Below the pieces are notes generated by a model. It saw nothing but the letters and a program-made list of their open reading frames with translations. It was not told the origin of the DNA and searched no databases. A stretch of 64,000 nucleotides of DNA, taken from Streptomyces sp. Lineage in GTDB: Bacteria > Actinomycetota > Actinomycetes > Streptomycetales > Streptomycetaceae. Below are positions 1 through 11,590 of the stretch, in pieces. Positions within the stretch are counted from its first letter, which is position 1, and every line of letters begins with the position of its first letter. Both the position numbers and the translations under genes were made by a program. The stretch covers positions 996 through 64,995 of the forward strand of contig NZ_DASQNP010000006.1 of assembly GCF_035644915.1 (NCBI RefSeq), written 5' to 3'.

Positions 1-107
1 CGAGAAGCGCGGCGGCAAGGTCCACTGCCGCGACTGCGGACGGCAGCTCTACCTGTGAGGGTCCACCCGTGAGGGCGGCCCCGGGCCGGAACCGGCCGCC
101 CGGGCCC

Positions 108-2435
108 TCAGAGCGTCTCGCTGAGGGTGTCGGCGATGCGGCGGCGGGCCGCGCGGGCGGCCGGGACGACCGAGGCCGCGACCGCGCCCACCAGGGCCAC
201 CGCGATCACCAGCAGCAGGGCGCCCGGGGACGGCGGCTGGGCGATGCCCGCGCCGATGCCGCTGGAGCGGCCCTGGGCGTCGATCAGCCAGTTGCCGGCG
301 ACGACGCCGACGGCCGTGCCGACCACGGCGGCGGCCAGCGCGGTGAAGCCGGTGGACACCACGATCACCCCGGCGATCTGCCGCGGTGACAGGCCGATGG
401 CCTTGAGCGCCAGCAGGTCGCGTCCGCGGTCGCGCACCCGCGCGCCGATGGTGGTGGACAGTTCGGTGAGGCCGATCAGGGCGAGGACGGTGATCAGTCC
501 GGCGACGACGCCGCGGACGGCGGAGAGCCCGTCGGCGGGGTTGGCGACCTCGCGGACCTCCAGCCGTCCGCCGGAGGAGGCCACCAGGTCGGCGCCGACC
601 TCCGCGGCGTCGGCGTCCTCGCGCAGCACGAGCTGGTGGAAGTCGGGCTCGGTCGTGCCGGGTCCGCCGAGATCCAGGTTGTCCAGGGAGGTGGAGATCG
701 TCCGGCCGCCGTCCTCGGGCTCGATGCTGCGGCCCACGATGTGCAGGATCTGGGGCCGTCCCTGGACGGTCATCCGCACCCAGTCGCCGATGCCCACCTC
801 CAGCAGGTCCAGCAGTCCCTGGCCGGCCACCGCCTCGTCCGGGCCGTTGGGGAGCCGTCCCTCGGCGAGGGCGAACGGGTACGGCTCCTCGTCCGTGCCC
901 AGGCCGCGCAGGGTGATGGTGCCGGTCTGGCCCGGGACCAGCGCGGCGACCTCCGCGCCCGGGTGGACGGCGGTGACGTCCGGGTGCGCGGCCAGCAGCC
1001 GCCGGGTCTCCGCGCGGTCGCCGGGGCCGCCGGGGGAGCCGTCGCGCACGGTGAGCGCGGCGGGGAGGCCGATCTCCTCGGGGTGGCTCTGGAAGCGGTC
1101 CAGGGTGGCCCACGCGCCCAGCGCGACCGTGATCATCATCAGCGGTACGGCCAGCCGTCCCACGGCGGCCAGCGAGCGGGTCCGGCCGGGGAAGGCGCCG
1201 CGCCAGCCGAGCGCCAGGGCGGGCGGCAGTCCCGCGCCCAGCGCCCGCCGTTCCACCGCCGTCAGCCGTCCCGGGCCGCGCGGCACCGCCGTGCGCGCCA
1301 CCGGCACCGGCGGCACCCGGCCCGCCCGCCAGGCGGCCAGGGAGGTGGCCACGGCGATGAACAGCACCGTGCCGGCCGTGGTGCCCAGCACCGCCCAGGT
1401 GTGGCCGGGCAGTCTCCGCCACAGGTCCACCGCCTCCCCGATCCGGCCGGGGATGCCGGCGCCCACCAGCTCGGTGACGGCGGCGCCGCCGGCGACCCCG
1501 AGGAGGGCGAAGCCCAGGTGCTGGACGAGGAAGACGCGGACGACCTGGGCGGGGGTGAAGCCGATGGCCTTGAGCACGGAGATGTCCCGCAGGTGGCCGT
1601 GGATGCGGGTGCTGATCGCCCCGGCCACCGCCAGCGCGGCGGCCAGCAGCGCGCCCAGGCCGAAGAGGCCGAGCAGCAGCCCGAGCAGCCGGCCCTCGCC
1701 CTCGGCGTCGGCGCGGGCCTGCTGCCAGCGGGTCACCTCGGTCACCTGGTCGGCGCCGAGGGCGGTGACCGCCCGCTGGATCATGAAGTCGGTGTCGCCG
1801 GGGTCGTCCAGCCGCAGCCCGACGGTCTGCCCGGTGCGTTCGGGCGGGGGCGAGACCCGGCGCAGGCCCTCGGGGAGCAGCCAGCCGACGCCGGGCGTCT
1901 CGCCGGGCACGTACCGCGGTTCGGCGGTGTCGGCGACGCCCACGACGCGCAGCTCGCGCTCGGTTCCGCGGGCGTCCCGGACGGTGAGCGCGTCGCCGGG
2001 CTCGGCCCACAGGGCGCGGGCCAGCGAGGCGTCCAGGACGATCTCGTCGGCGGCGCCCGGCCGCAGCCAGCGGCCGTCGCCGACCAGCGGGCGGCCCACG
2101 TCGGGCGGCTTGGGTCCGGTGGCCCGCAGTTCCACCGTCGCCCGGGCGCCGCCCAGCTCCACGGCGGTGCGGGCGGTGTCGAAGGGGCCGGCGACGCCCG
2201 CGACGCCCTCCAGGTCGGCCAGTTCCCCCGGCTCGGCGCCGGCGCGGGTGTGGATCCACACGTGCGCGCCCTCGGACTGGGTGAAGATCCGCTGCCAGGG
2301 GTTGGCCGCGTAGGAGAACAGCGCCGCGGCCAGCAGCAGCGAGGCGGTGATCCCGGCCGTCGCCAGGACGATGAACAGCGCCTCGCCGCGGTGTGCCCGC
2401 AGGTCGGCGTGGGCCCAGCGCAGGGTGGCGCGCAC
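108..2435 (-). CDS. ABC exporter permease, FtsX/MacB-like duplicated domains
   Basis: 775 aa; two repeats of TM + extracytoplasmic domain + 3 TM; motifs RDISVLKAIGFTP and RDLLALKAIGLSP; directly downstream of ABC ATPase. Confidence 0.9.
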   Translation of the reverse strand: MRATLRWAHADLRAHRGEALFIVLATAGITASLLLAAALFSYAANPWQRIFTQSEGAHVWIHTRAGAEPGELADLEGVAGVAGPFDTARTAVELGGARATVELRATGPKPPDVGRPLVGDGRWLRPGAADEIVLDASLARALWAEPGDALTVRDARGTERELRVVGVADTAEPRYVPGETPGVGWLLPEGLRRVSPPPERTGQTVGLRLDDPGDTDFMIQRAVTALGADQVTEVTRWQQARADAEGEGRLLGLLLGLFGLGALLAAALAVAGAISTRIHGHLRDISVLKAIGFTPAQVVRVFLVQHLGFALLGVAGGAAVTELVGAGIPGRIGEAVDLWRRLPGHTWAVLGTTAGTVLFIAVATSLAAWRAGRVPPVPVARTAVPRGPGRLTAVERRALGAGLPPALALGWRGAFPGRTRSLAAVGRLAVPLMMITVALGAWATLDRFQSHPEEIGLPAALTVRDGSPGGPGDRAETRRLLAAHPDVTAVHPGAEVAALVPGQTGTITLRGLGTDEEPYPFALAEGRLPNGPDEAVAGQGLLDLLEVGIGDWVRMTVQGRPQILHIVGRSIEPEDGGRTISTSLDNLDLGGPGTTEPDFHQLVLREDADAAEVGADLVASSGGRLEVREVANPADGLSAVRGVVAGLITVLALIGLTELSTTIGARVRDRGRDLLALKAIGLSPRQIAGVIVVSTGFTALAAAVVGTAVGVVAGNWLIDAQGRSSGIGAGIAQPPSPGALLLVIAVALVGAVAASVVPAARAARRRIADTLSETL

Positions 2436-2441
2436 GGTCGG

Positions 2442-3266
2442 TCAGTCCTTCAGCTCGAGTACGTCGGCCACGCCCGTGGCGCGGCGCGGCCGGCGGCCGT
2501 CGTCCGCGTCCAGGGTCGCGTCGTCGACGATGCGGCCGTCGAAGAAGCTGATCACGCGGTCCGCGGCGCTGGCCATCCGGGCGTCGTGGGTGACCAGCAC
2601 GATGGTCTGGCCGCGCCGGTGGAAGCGGGAGAGCAGCCGCAGCACCTCGCGGGTGCCCTTGCTGTCCAGGCTGCCGGCGGGTTCGTCGGCCAGCAGCAGG
2701 GCGGGGTTGTTGACCAGCGCGCGGGCCAGGGCGACGCGCTGCTGCTCGCCGCCGGACAGCTCGCCGGGCATGCTGCGCTCCTTGCCGGTCAGGCCCAGCT
2801 CCGCCAGCAGCTCCTCGCGGGCGGCGCGGGCCTGCCGCGGGCCGTGCCCGGCCAGCAGGGCGGGGAGTTCGACGTTGTCGGCGACGGTCAGGTTGGAGAC
2901 GAGGTTGAAGAACTGGAAGACGATGCCGATGCGGCGGCGGCGCAGCACCGCCCAGTCGGACTCGCCGTAGGAGTCCAGGCAGGTGCCGTCGAACCAGATG
3001 CTGCCGGCGTCCGGCTTCTGGAGCCCGCCGAGCAGGTGCAGCAGCGTGGACTTGCCCGCGCCGGAGGGGCCGGTGACCGCGACGAACTCGCCGCGCGCCA
3101 CGCTCAGGTCCACCCCGCGCACGGCCTTCACCGGGGCGCCCTCGCCGTGGTGGGTCTTGACCAGGCCCTCGGCGCGGACGATGGGGTGCGGGGCGGGCTC
3201 GGACTGCGCCGCGGACGCGGCCGGTTCCGCGGCGGGACGGGCGCCGGACTCCTCGGCACGGCTCAT
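2442..3266 (-). CDS. ABC transporter ATP-binding protein (LolD/MacB-like)
   Basis: Walker A GPSGAGKST, signature LSGGEQQRV, Walker B LLLADEP, H-loop VTHD. Confidence 0.95.
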   Translation of the reverse strand: MSRAEESGARPAAEPAASAAQSEPAPHPIVRAEGLVKTHHGEGAPVKAVRGVDLSVARGEFVAVTGPSGAGKSTLLHLLGGLQKPDAGSIWFDGTCLDSYGESDWAVLRRRRIGIVFQFFNLVSNLTVADNVELPALLAGHGPRQARAAREELLAELGLTGKERSMPGELSGGEQQRVALARALVNNPALLLADEPAGSLDSKGTREVLRLLSRFHRRGQTIVLVTHDARMASAADRVISFFDGRIVDDATLDADDGRRPRRATGVADVLELKD

Positions 3267-3769
3267 TCGAACTCCTCCTGACAGCGCTCCAGCCAGTCGA
3301 GGTCGGCCTGGAGGTGCAGCATCGCGCCCTCGATGAGGAGCTGTGCCACCCGGTTGTCCCGGTCCTCGGTGGCGGCCAGTCTGGACAGGGCCCGCATGGT
3401 GTTCAGGTACTGGCGGCGCTGCTTGTTGATCAGGGTGATCTGGTCGGCCAGCCCGCTCTGGGGGGCGAGCGCGAGCTTCATGAAGAACTCGTCGCGCACC
3501 CGCGGCTCGTCGGTCGGCTCGTCGAACCAGGCCCGCACCGCCTCGCGACCCGCGTCGGTGAGGCGGTAGATCCTCTTGTTGGGCCGGGTCGACTGGGCGA
3601 CCTCCTCGCCCGCGATCAGCCCGGATTTCTCCAGTCTGCCCAGCGTGACGTAGATCTGCCCGATGTTCGGCTGAGGGTACGCCGCGCCCAGCAGCTTCTC
3701 AAGGGCCTGCTTGAGCTCGTATCCGTGGGCGGGACCGGCGGCGAGGAGGGCCAGGAGCGGCAGACGCAC
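3263..3769 (-). CDS. PadR-family transcriptional regulator
   Basis: LLALLAAGPAHGYELK...GQIYVTLGRLEKSGLI...KRIYRLTDAGR; start moved to GTG 3769 after GGAGGAAGGAG; stop overlaps ATPase start. Confidence 0.9.
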   Translation of the reverse strand: MRLPLLALLAAGPAHGYELKQALEKLLGAAYPQPNIGQIYVTLGRLEKSGLIAGEEVAQSTRPNKRIYRLTDAGREAVRAWFDEPTDEPRVRDEFFMKLALAPQSGLADQITLINKQRRQYLNTMRALSRLAATEDRDNRVAQLLIEGAMLHLQADLDWLERCQEEFE

Positions 3770-3927
3770 GCGCGCTCTCCTTCCTCCCCGTCCCATGCCG
3801 AAACCGGTCCTGTCAGCCACCTGTCGGTGGTGCCCGGTCGGCGTCTAGTATCGCCCATGCCTAACGGGTATGTATGGGCTGGACGTCCGGCGCTCGACGA
3901 GGAGAGCCGGTGCACGGGGAGGCACCT

Positions 3928-5205
3928 ATGCGGTGGATACGGGCCGCGGGGAGGGGACTCCTGGCCGCCGCCGTCGTCCTGGCCGGCTACGCCGGACTGG
4001 GCGCCCCGGCCGGTGAGCCGGCCGCGCACACCGGAGGGCGCGGGCCCGTCACCCTGGTCACCGCCGGGGACCTGACCGACTACCTCGACCCGGTGCTGGA
4101 CGACTGGAACCGCACGCACCCCGGCGAGGAAGCCACCCTGGTGGAGCTGCCGGACTCCGCGGACGAGACCCGCGCCCAGATGGTCACCAGCCTGCGCTCG
4201 GGCAGCAGCCGCTTCGACGTGCTGAACATCGACGTGGCGTGGACGTCGGAGTTCGCGGCGGCGGGCTGGATCGCCCCGGTCGACCCCGGCCGCTTCCCGC
4301 TGGACAGCTTCCTGCCGCCGGTGGTGGACACCGCCACCTTCGGCGGCCGGCTGTACGCCGTCCCGTACGTGACCAACGCCGGGCTGCTGTACTACCGCTC
4401 GGACGTGCTGGCGGCGGAGGGCGAGGAGCCCCCGCGCACCTGGGCGGAGCTGGAGCGGCTGGCGAAGGAGGTCGCGCCCCGGCACGGCCTGGAGGGCTAC
4501 GCGGGCCAGTTCCTGCCGTACGAGGGGCTGACCGCCAACGTCACCGAGGTGGTGCGGTCCGCGGGCGGCTCCATCCTCGGCGACGAGGGCGCGCGGGTGA
4601 CCGTGGACTCGGCCCCGGCCCGGGAGGGGCTGCGCTTCCTCACCGACGGGGTGCGGGAGGGCTGGATCCCCGAGGAGTCCCTGGGCTGGAAGGAGGAGGA
4701 GTCGCGGCTGGCGTTCCAGCAGGGGCGGCTGCTCTTCCTGCGCAACTGGCCGTACGTGTACGCCGTGGCCAACGGCGAGGGCTCGAAGGTCGCCGGGAAG
4801 TTCGGCGCGGTGCCGCTGCCGGGGCCCGACGGGCCGGGCGTCAGCGTGCTGGGCGGCTCCAACCTCGCGGTGAACACCCACTCCCGGCACCCGGAGACGG
4901 CGGCCGACCTGATCGCGTACCTCACCAGCGAGCCGGTGCAGCGCCGGGTGCTCACCGAGGGCGCGCTGCCGCCGGTGCGGGCCGGACTGTACTCCGATCC
5001 GGAGCTGGTGCGGGACTTCCCCTATCTGCCGACGCTGCGCAGGAGCGTCCTGGCGGCCGAACCGCGTCCCAAGAGCCCGCGGTACGACCAGGTGAGCCTG
5101 GTGGTGCAGGCCGTGGTGCACGACGCGATGGCGGGGCGTCAGACCCCGCGCCAGGCGGTCGCCCGCCTGGCGCGGGAGTTGGGGTCCATCGCCCGCGAAG
5201 GGTGA
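3928..5205 (+). CDS. Sugar-type ABC extracellular solute-binding protein (orphan)
   Basis: DVLNIDVAWTSEFAAAGW, LYAVPYVTNAGLLYYRSD, FLRNWPY, LGGSNLAVN; N-terminal signal; start ATG 3928 after GGAGG. Confidence 0.85.
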   Translation: MRWIRAAGRGLLAAAVVLAGYAGLGAPAGEPAAHTGGRGPVTLVTAGDLTDYLDPVLDDWNRTHPGEEATLVELPDSADETRAQMVTSLRSGSSRFDVLNIDVAWTSEFAAAGWIAPVDPGRFPLDSFLPPVVDTATFGGRLYAVPYVTNAGLLYYRSDVLAAEGEEPPRTWAELERLAKEVAPRHGLEGYAGQFLPYEGLTANVTEVVRSAGGSILGDEGARVTVDSAPAREGLRFLTDGVREGWIPEESLGWKEEESRLAFQQGRLLFLRNWPYVYAVANGEGSKVAGKFGAVPLPGPDGPGVSVLGGSNLAVNTHSRHPETAADLIAYLTSEPVQRRVLTEGALPPVRAGLYSDPELVRDFPYLPTLRRSVLAAEPRPKSPRYDQVSLVVQAVVHDAMAGRQTPRQAVARLARELGSIAREG

Positions 5206-5235
5206 TCCCCCGTCTGGACCCGTCGCCACATTATT

Positions 5236-5360
5236 AGTTACCGGTTAGGTAACTCAAGACCTCTGCACAGCCGCGCCTTTCGGTCATATCCGGCATAAAC
5301 GGACGGCTTTTCAACTATCCGTTGACACTGGAATGTCACCCCTACTTAACATGCATGCAT
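5236..5360 (+). promoter_or_regulatory. Promoter/operator region of the GH13 operon
   Basis: Palindrome AGTTACC-N5-GGTAACT (5236-5254); TTGACA 5322-5327; TAACAT 5347-5352; palindrome ATGCATGCAT 5351-5360; AT-rich relative to flanks. Confidence 0.55.
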
Positions 5361-5412
5361 AACGGCGGCAGCAGCCGTATGCGCCTTCCAAGCAGGAGAC
5401 GGATCACCAGGG

Positions 5413-7128
<1,716 letters not shown>

Positions 7129-7222
7129 ACCTCCCGAAAGACCACCGAGCCCCTTTGAACCTTCCCGAAGAACCTCCCTAGCACCACCCTCCGGCCGCCC
7201 GGCCGGTGAACAACCGAAGGGA

Positions 7223-8563
7223 TTGCAGATGTCCATGACCCCGAAACGCGCCGCGACCGCCGGTGCGGCGGCGCTCCTGCTCGCGCTGACCGCGACCGCC
7301 TGCGGCGGCGGCACGGCCGCCGACTCCGGCTCCGGCACCCAGGAGCTCAAGGGCCAGACGATCACGGTCGCCGGGGTGTGGACCGGCGTCGAGCAGAAGA
7401 ACTTCAAGAAGGTCATGGACGCCTTCGCGGAGGAGACCGGCGCCGAGATGAAGTTCGTCTCCACCGGCGACAACGTCTCCACCGTCGTGGGCAGCAAGAT
7501 CCAGGGCGGCAACGCGCCGGACGTGGTGATGGTCCCGCAGGTCGGCGTGCTCCAGCAGTTCGCCGAGAAGGGCTGGCTCAAGCCGCTGTCGAAGAAGGCC
7601 GACGACCTGGCCGGCGACCACTTCGCCCCGGTGTGGAAGGACTACGGCACGGTCGACGGGACCTTCTACGGCCTGTACTTCAAGGCGTCCCACAAGTCGA
7701 CCGTCTGGTACAGCACGGAGGCGTTCGAGCAGGCGGGCGTCACCCCGCCGAAGGACTACGACGGAATGCTGAAGGCCGGCCGGACCCTCTCCGACTCCGG
7801 CCTGGCCGCCTTCTCCGTCGCCGGCGAGGCCGGCTGGCCGCTCACCGACTGGTTCGAGAACATCTACCTCTCGCAGGCCGGCCCGGAGATGTACGACAAG
7901 CTCGCCGCCCACGAGATCCCCTGGACCCACCCCAGCGTCGTCAAGGCGCTCACCACCCTCGGCGAACTCTTCGGCGACAAGGAGCTGGTGGAGGGCGGCG
8001 GCTCCGGCGCGCTGCGCACCGACTTCCCCGAGTCCGTCGAGAAGGTCTTCGGCAGCGACCCGAAGGCGGGCATGGTCTACGAGGGCGACTTCGTCGCGGG
8101 CCTGATCTCCGGCCAGTTCGGCAAGAAGGTCGGCGAGGACGCCCAGTTCTTCCCCTTCCCGGCCGTGGACGGCGGGAAGCCGCCGGTGGTCGGCGGCGGT
8201 GACGCCGCGGTGGTCCTCAAGGACGGCAAGAACGCCGAGGGCGGCATGAGGTTCGTGGAGTACCTGGCCACCCCCGAGGCGGCGGAGGTGTGGGCCGAGG
8301 CGGGCGGCTTCCTCTCCCCCAACAAGGAGGTCAGCCTGGACGCCTACCAGGACGAGATCACCCGGCAGACCGCGAAGTCCCTGGTGGAGGCCGGTGACGG
8401 CCTGCGGTTCGACATGTCCGACCAGGCCCCGGCCGCCTTCGGCGGCACCCAGGGCGCGGGCGAGTGGAAGCTCCTCCAGGACTTCCTGCGCGACCCCTCC
8501 GACCCCAAGGCCACCGCGAAGGAGCTGGAGGCCGCCGCGGCCAAGGCCTGGAAGAAGAGCTGA
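7223..8563 (+). CDS. Sugar ABC transporter solute-binding lipoprotein (AglE-like)
   Basis: Lipobox LTATAC; KSTVWY, GWPLTDWFENIYL; followed by two permeases. ATG 7229 or 7235 possible. Confidence 0.88.
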   Translation: MQMSMTPKRAATAGAAALLLALTATACGGGTAADSGSGTQELKGQTITVAGVWTGVEQKNFKKVMDAFAEETGAEMKFVSTGDNVSTVVGSKIQGGNAPDVVMVPQVGVLQQFAEKGWLKPLSKKADDLAGDHFAPVWKDYGTVDGTFYGLYFKASHKSTVWYSTEAFEQAGVTPPKDYDGMLKAGRTLSDSGLAAFSVAGEAGWPLTDWFENIYLSQAGPEMYDKLAAHEIPWTHPSVVKALTTLGELFGDKELVEGGGSGALRTDFPESVEKVFGSDPKAGMVYEGDFVAGLISGQFGKKVGEDAQFFPFPAVDGGKPPVVGGGDAAVVLKDGKNAEGGMRFVEYLATPEAAEVWAEAGGFLSPNKEVSLDAYQDEITRQTAKSLVEAGDGLRFDMSDQAPAAFGGTQGAGEWKLLQDFLRDPSDPKATAKELEAAAAKAWKKS

Positions 8564-8575
8564 GGCGGGGGAGCC

Positions 8576-9961
8576 ATGTCCGCCACAGCTCCCGCCGCGC
8601 CGCCCGCGACAGCGGGCGGCGCCCCGCCGGCCCCGGCCGGCGCCTCCGCGAAGACCACCGACCCCGTGCGGCGCGCCCGGCGGCGCCGCAGGCTCGTCGC
8701 GGCCCTCTTCCTGCTGCCCGCGCTGCTGCTGCTCGGCGCGCTGGTCGTCTACCCGATCCTGTTCTCCGTCGGGCGCAGCCTCTTCGACGCCTCCGGCACC
8801 CGGTTCGTCGGCGCCGACAACTACGTCGAGATGTTCCGCGACCCGACGACGCTCAAGGCGGTCCGCAACACCGCGGTCTGGGTCGTGGTCGCCCCCGCGC
8901 TGCTGACCGGGCTCGGCCTGATCCTGGCCGTGCTCACCGAGAAGGTGCGCTGGGCCACCGCGTTCAAGCTGCTGATGTTCATGCCGATGGCGATCTCCTT
9001 CCTCGCCGCCGGCATCATCTTCCGCATCACCTACGAGCAGGACCCCGAGCGCGGCATCCTCAACGCCGTCGTCGTCGGCGTCCACGACACCTTCGCCGAC
9101 CGCCCCGCCTACCCCGGCGCCCGCGCCCGGGAGGAGAGCGGACTCACCAAGGCCGAGGACGGCTCGTACGGCACGGCCGCGAACCTGTCCCCCGGCCGTA
9201 CGGTCTCGCTGGGCATCGTCGGCGTGCCGCCCAAGGAGGTCCCCGCCGACGCCGAGCCGGCCGCCACCGCCCCGAAGGCCGGGGACGGCGTCCTCGCCGG
9301 CACCGTCCACCTCGACTTCACCCCCGGCGGGGGCGGTGAGCCGGGCCGGATCGACAAGGGCGAGCGCGGACTGCCCGGGATGAAGGTCGAGGCGGTCCGC
9401 GACGGCACGGTGGTGGGGAAGGCCACCACCGCCGCCGACGGCTCGTTCCGCATCACCGGGCTGGAGGGCGGCTCGTACGCCCTGCGGCTGCCGGCGGCCA
9501 ACTTCGCCGAACCCTACGGCGGCGTCTCCTGGCTGGGCCCCGCCCTGGTCACCCCGGCCATCATCGGCGCCTACCTGTGGATCTGGACGGGCTTCGCGAT
9601 GGTGCTCATCGGCGCCGGCCTCTCGGCGATGCCCCGGGACGTGCTGGAGGCCGCGCGGATGGACGGCGCGAACGAGTGGCAGATCTTCCGCAGGATCACC
9701 GTGCCGCTGCTCGCGCCCGTGCTGACCGTGGTCTTCGTGACCCTGGTGATCAACGTGATGAAGGTCTTCGACCTCGTCTACATCATCGCCCCGGGGCCCG
9801 TGCTGCAGGACGCCAACGTGCTGGCCATGCAGATGTGGCTGGTCTCCTTCGGCGGCGGCAACAACCAGGGCCTGGGCAGCGCCATCGGCGTCCTGCTGCT
9901 GCTCCTGGTGGTCCCGGCCATGATCTTCAACATCCGACGCTTCCGCAGGAGCCAGCGATGA
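8576..9961 (+). CDS. Sugar ABC permease with large extracytoplasmic insertion
   Basis: FLLPALLLL...YP, EAA motif EAARMDGANEWQIFRRITVPL; about 150 aa insert. Confidence 0.9.
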   Translation: MSATAPAAPPATAGGAPPAPAGASAKTTDPVRRARRRRRLVAALFLLPALLLLGALVVYPILFSVGRSLFDASGTRFVGADNYVEMFRDPTTLKAVRNTAVWVVVAPALLTGLGLILAVLTEKVRWATAFKLLMFMPMAISFLAAGIIFRITYEQDPERGILNAVVVGVHDTFADRPAYPGARAREESGLTKAEDGSYGTAANLSPGRTVSLGIVGVPPKEVPADAEPAATAPKAGDGVLAGTVHLDFTPGGGGEPGRIDKGERGLPGMKVEAVRDGTVVGKATTAADGSFRITGLEGGSYALRLPAANFAEPYGGVSWLGPALVTPAIIGAYLWIWTGFAMVLIGAGLSAMPRDVLEAARMDGANEWQIFRRITVPLLAPVLTVVFVTLVINVMKVFDLVYIIAPGPVLQDANVLAMQMWLVSFGGGNNQGLGSAIGVLLLLLVVPAMIFNIRRFRRSQR

Positions 9962-10953
9962 CCACCCACGGCACCGTCGACGGCACCGTCGAGAAGGGAC
10001 CGGAGGCAGGGCCGGTCACACAGACCCCGGCGCCCGCGGCGGCGGACGCGGGCGCCGGGCCCGCCGCCGCGTCACCCGCCGCCGTACGGCAGCGCCGTCC
10101 GGCCGCGCCGGCCGGCGCCCGGCTCGGGCACTGGCTGGGCAAGGGCGCGGTCCAGGCGTTCCTGGCCGTGGTCGCCCTGGTCTGGCTCACCCCCGCGTTC
10201 GGCCTGTTCCTGTCCTCCCTGCGCTCGGAGGAGGCCAACGCCACCAGCGGCTGGTGGACGGCGCTGACCGAACCGGGCCAGTTGTCGCTCGACAACTACA
10301 CCGCGCTGCTGGAGGACTCCGGGATCAGCGAGGCGTTCTGGAACACCGTGCTGATCTCGGTGCCCACCACCGTCGCGGTGGTGGTGATCGCCGCCCTGGC
10401 CGGCTACGCGTTCGCCTGGCTGGAGTTCCCCGGCCGCGACTGGATCTTCCTGCTGGTGGTCGGCATGCTCGTGGTGCCGGTCCAGGTCGGACTGCTGCCG
10501 GTCGCCAAGATGTTCGGCGCGGTGGGGCTGTTCGGCACGATCCCCGGCGTGGTGCTGTTCCACATCGCCTACGGCCTGCCGTTCGCCATCTTCCTGCTGC
10601 GCAACTACTTCGCGGAGATCCCGCGCGAGATGCTGGAGGCGGCGCGGATGGACGGCGGCGGGGAGTGGCGGATCTTCGTCCAGCTCGTCCTGCCGGTGGG
10701 CCGGCCCGCCGTGGCGAGCCTGGCCATCTTCCAGTTCCTGTGGGTGTGGAACGACATGCTGGTCGCGCTGATCTTCGCCGACAGCGACTCGCAGCCGCTG
10801 ACCGTGGCGCTCCAGTCGGAGATGCGCCAGTTCGGGAGCAACATCGAGATCCTGGCGCCGGGGGCCTTCCTCTCCCTGGTCGTCCCGCTCGTGGTGTTCT
10901 TCGCCTTCCAGAAGCACTTCGTCCAGGGCGTCATGGCGGGCTCGGTGAAGTAG
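9958..10953 (+). CDS. Carbohydrate ABC permease (MalG-like)
   Basis: EAARMDGGGEWRIF, FLWVWNDML, FQKHFVQG; ATGA overlap with upstream permease (ORF-track 9577 start is too long). Confidence 0.9.
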   Translation: MTTHGTVDGTVEKGPEAGPVTQTPAPAAADAGAGPAAASPAAVRQRRPAAPAGARLGHWLGKGAVQAFLAVVALVWLTPAFGLFLSSLRSEEANATSGWWTALTEPGQLSLDNYTALLEDSGISEAFWNTVLISVPTTVAVVVIAALAGYAFAWLEFPGRDWIFLLVVGMLVVPVQVGLLPVAKMFGAVGLFGTIPGVVLFHIAYGLPFAIFLLRNYFAEIPREMLEAARMDGGGEWRIFVQLVLPVGRPAVASLAIFQFLWVWNDMLVALIFADSDSQPLTVALQSEMRQFGSNIEILAPGAFLSLVVPLVVFFAFQKHFVQGVMAGSVK

Positions 10954-10971
10954 CCCCCGGTGGCGAAGGGT

Positions 10972-11397
10972 TCAGACCTCCAGCAGCACCGTGAACGGGC
11001 CGTCGTTCGTGAGCGAGACCTCCATCTTCGCTCCGAACCGGCCCGTTTCCACGTGCGCGCCCAGCGCCCGCAGCCGGGCGCACACCTCGTCCACCAGGGG
11101 CTCGGCGACGGGGCCGGGGGCGGCCGCGTTCCAGGTGGGGCGGCGCCCCTTGCGGGCGTCACCGTAGAGGGTGAACTGGCTGACCACCAGCAGCGGCGCC
11201 CCGGTGTCCGAGCAGGACTTCTCGCCCTCCAGGACGCGCAGTCCCCACAGTTTGCGGGCGAGCCTGTCCGCCGTCTCCGGGGTGTCGTCGTGGGTCACGC
11301 CGACCAGGACGCACAGGCCCTCCCCCACGATCTCGCCGACGGTCTCCCCCGCCACCACCACCCGGGCACCGTTGACCCGCTGCACCACAGCTCGCAT
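10972..11397 (-). CDS. dtd: D-aminoacyl-tRNA deacylase
   Basis: [36 protein letters not shown] (Gly-cisPro motif). Confidence 0.95.
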   Translation of the reverse strand: MRAVVQRVNGARVVVAGETVGEIVGEGLCVLVGVTHDDTPETADRLARKLWGLRVLEGEKSCSDTGAPLLVVSQFTLYGDARKGRRPTWNAAAPGPVAEPLVDEVCARLRALGAHVETGRFGAKMEVSLTNDGPFTVLLEV

Positions 11398-11590
11398 GCG
11401 GACCATCATGCCGCGTCCCGGCCCGGGCCCGCGGCAGGCCGCCGGACGGGTGGCCCCCGCTGCACGGAGGGTGCCCGCGGTGGCACGATGCGTGCAGCAC
11501 GGTGCGCACGGTGGCCAACGCGGCGCATCCGTGACGGACCGTGGCGTTCCGTTGTGATCCACGGCGCAAGGGGATGAGGGGCACAGAACC

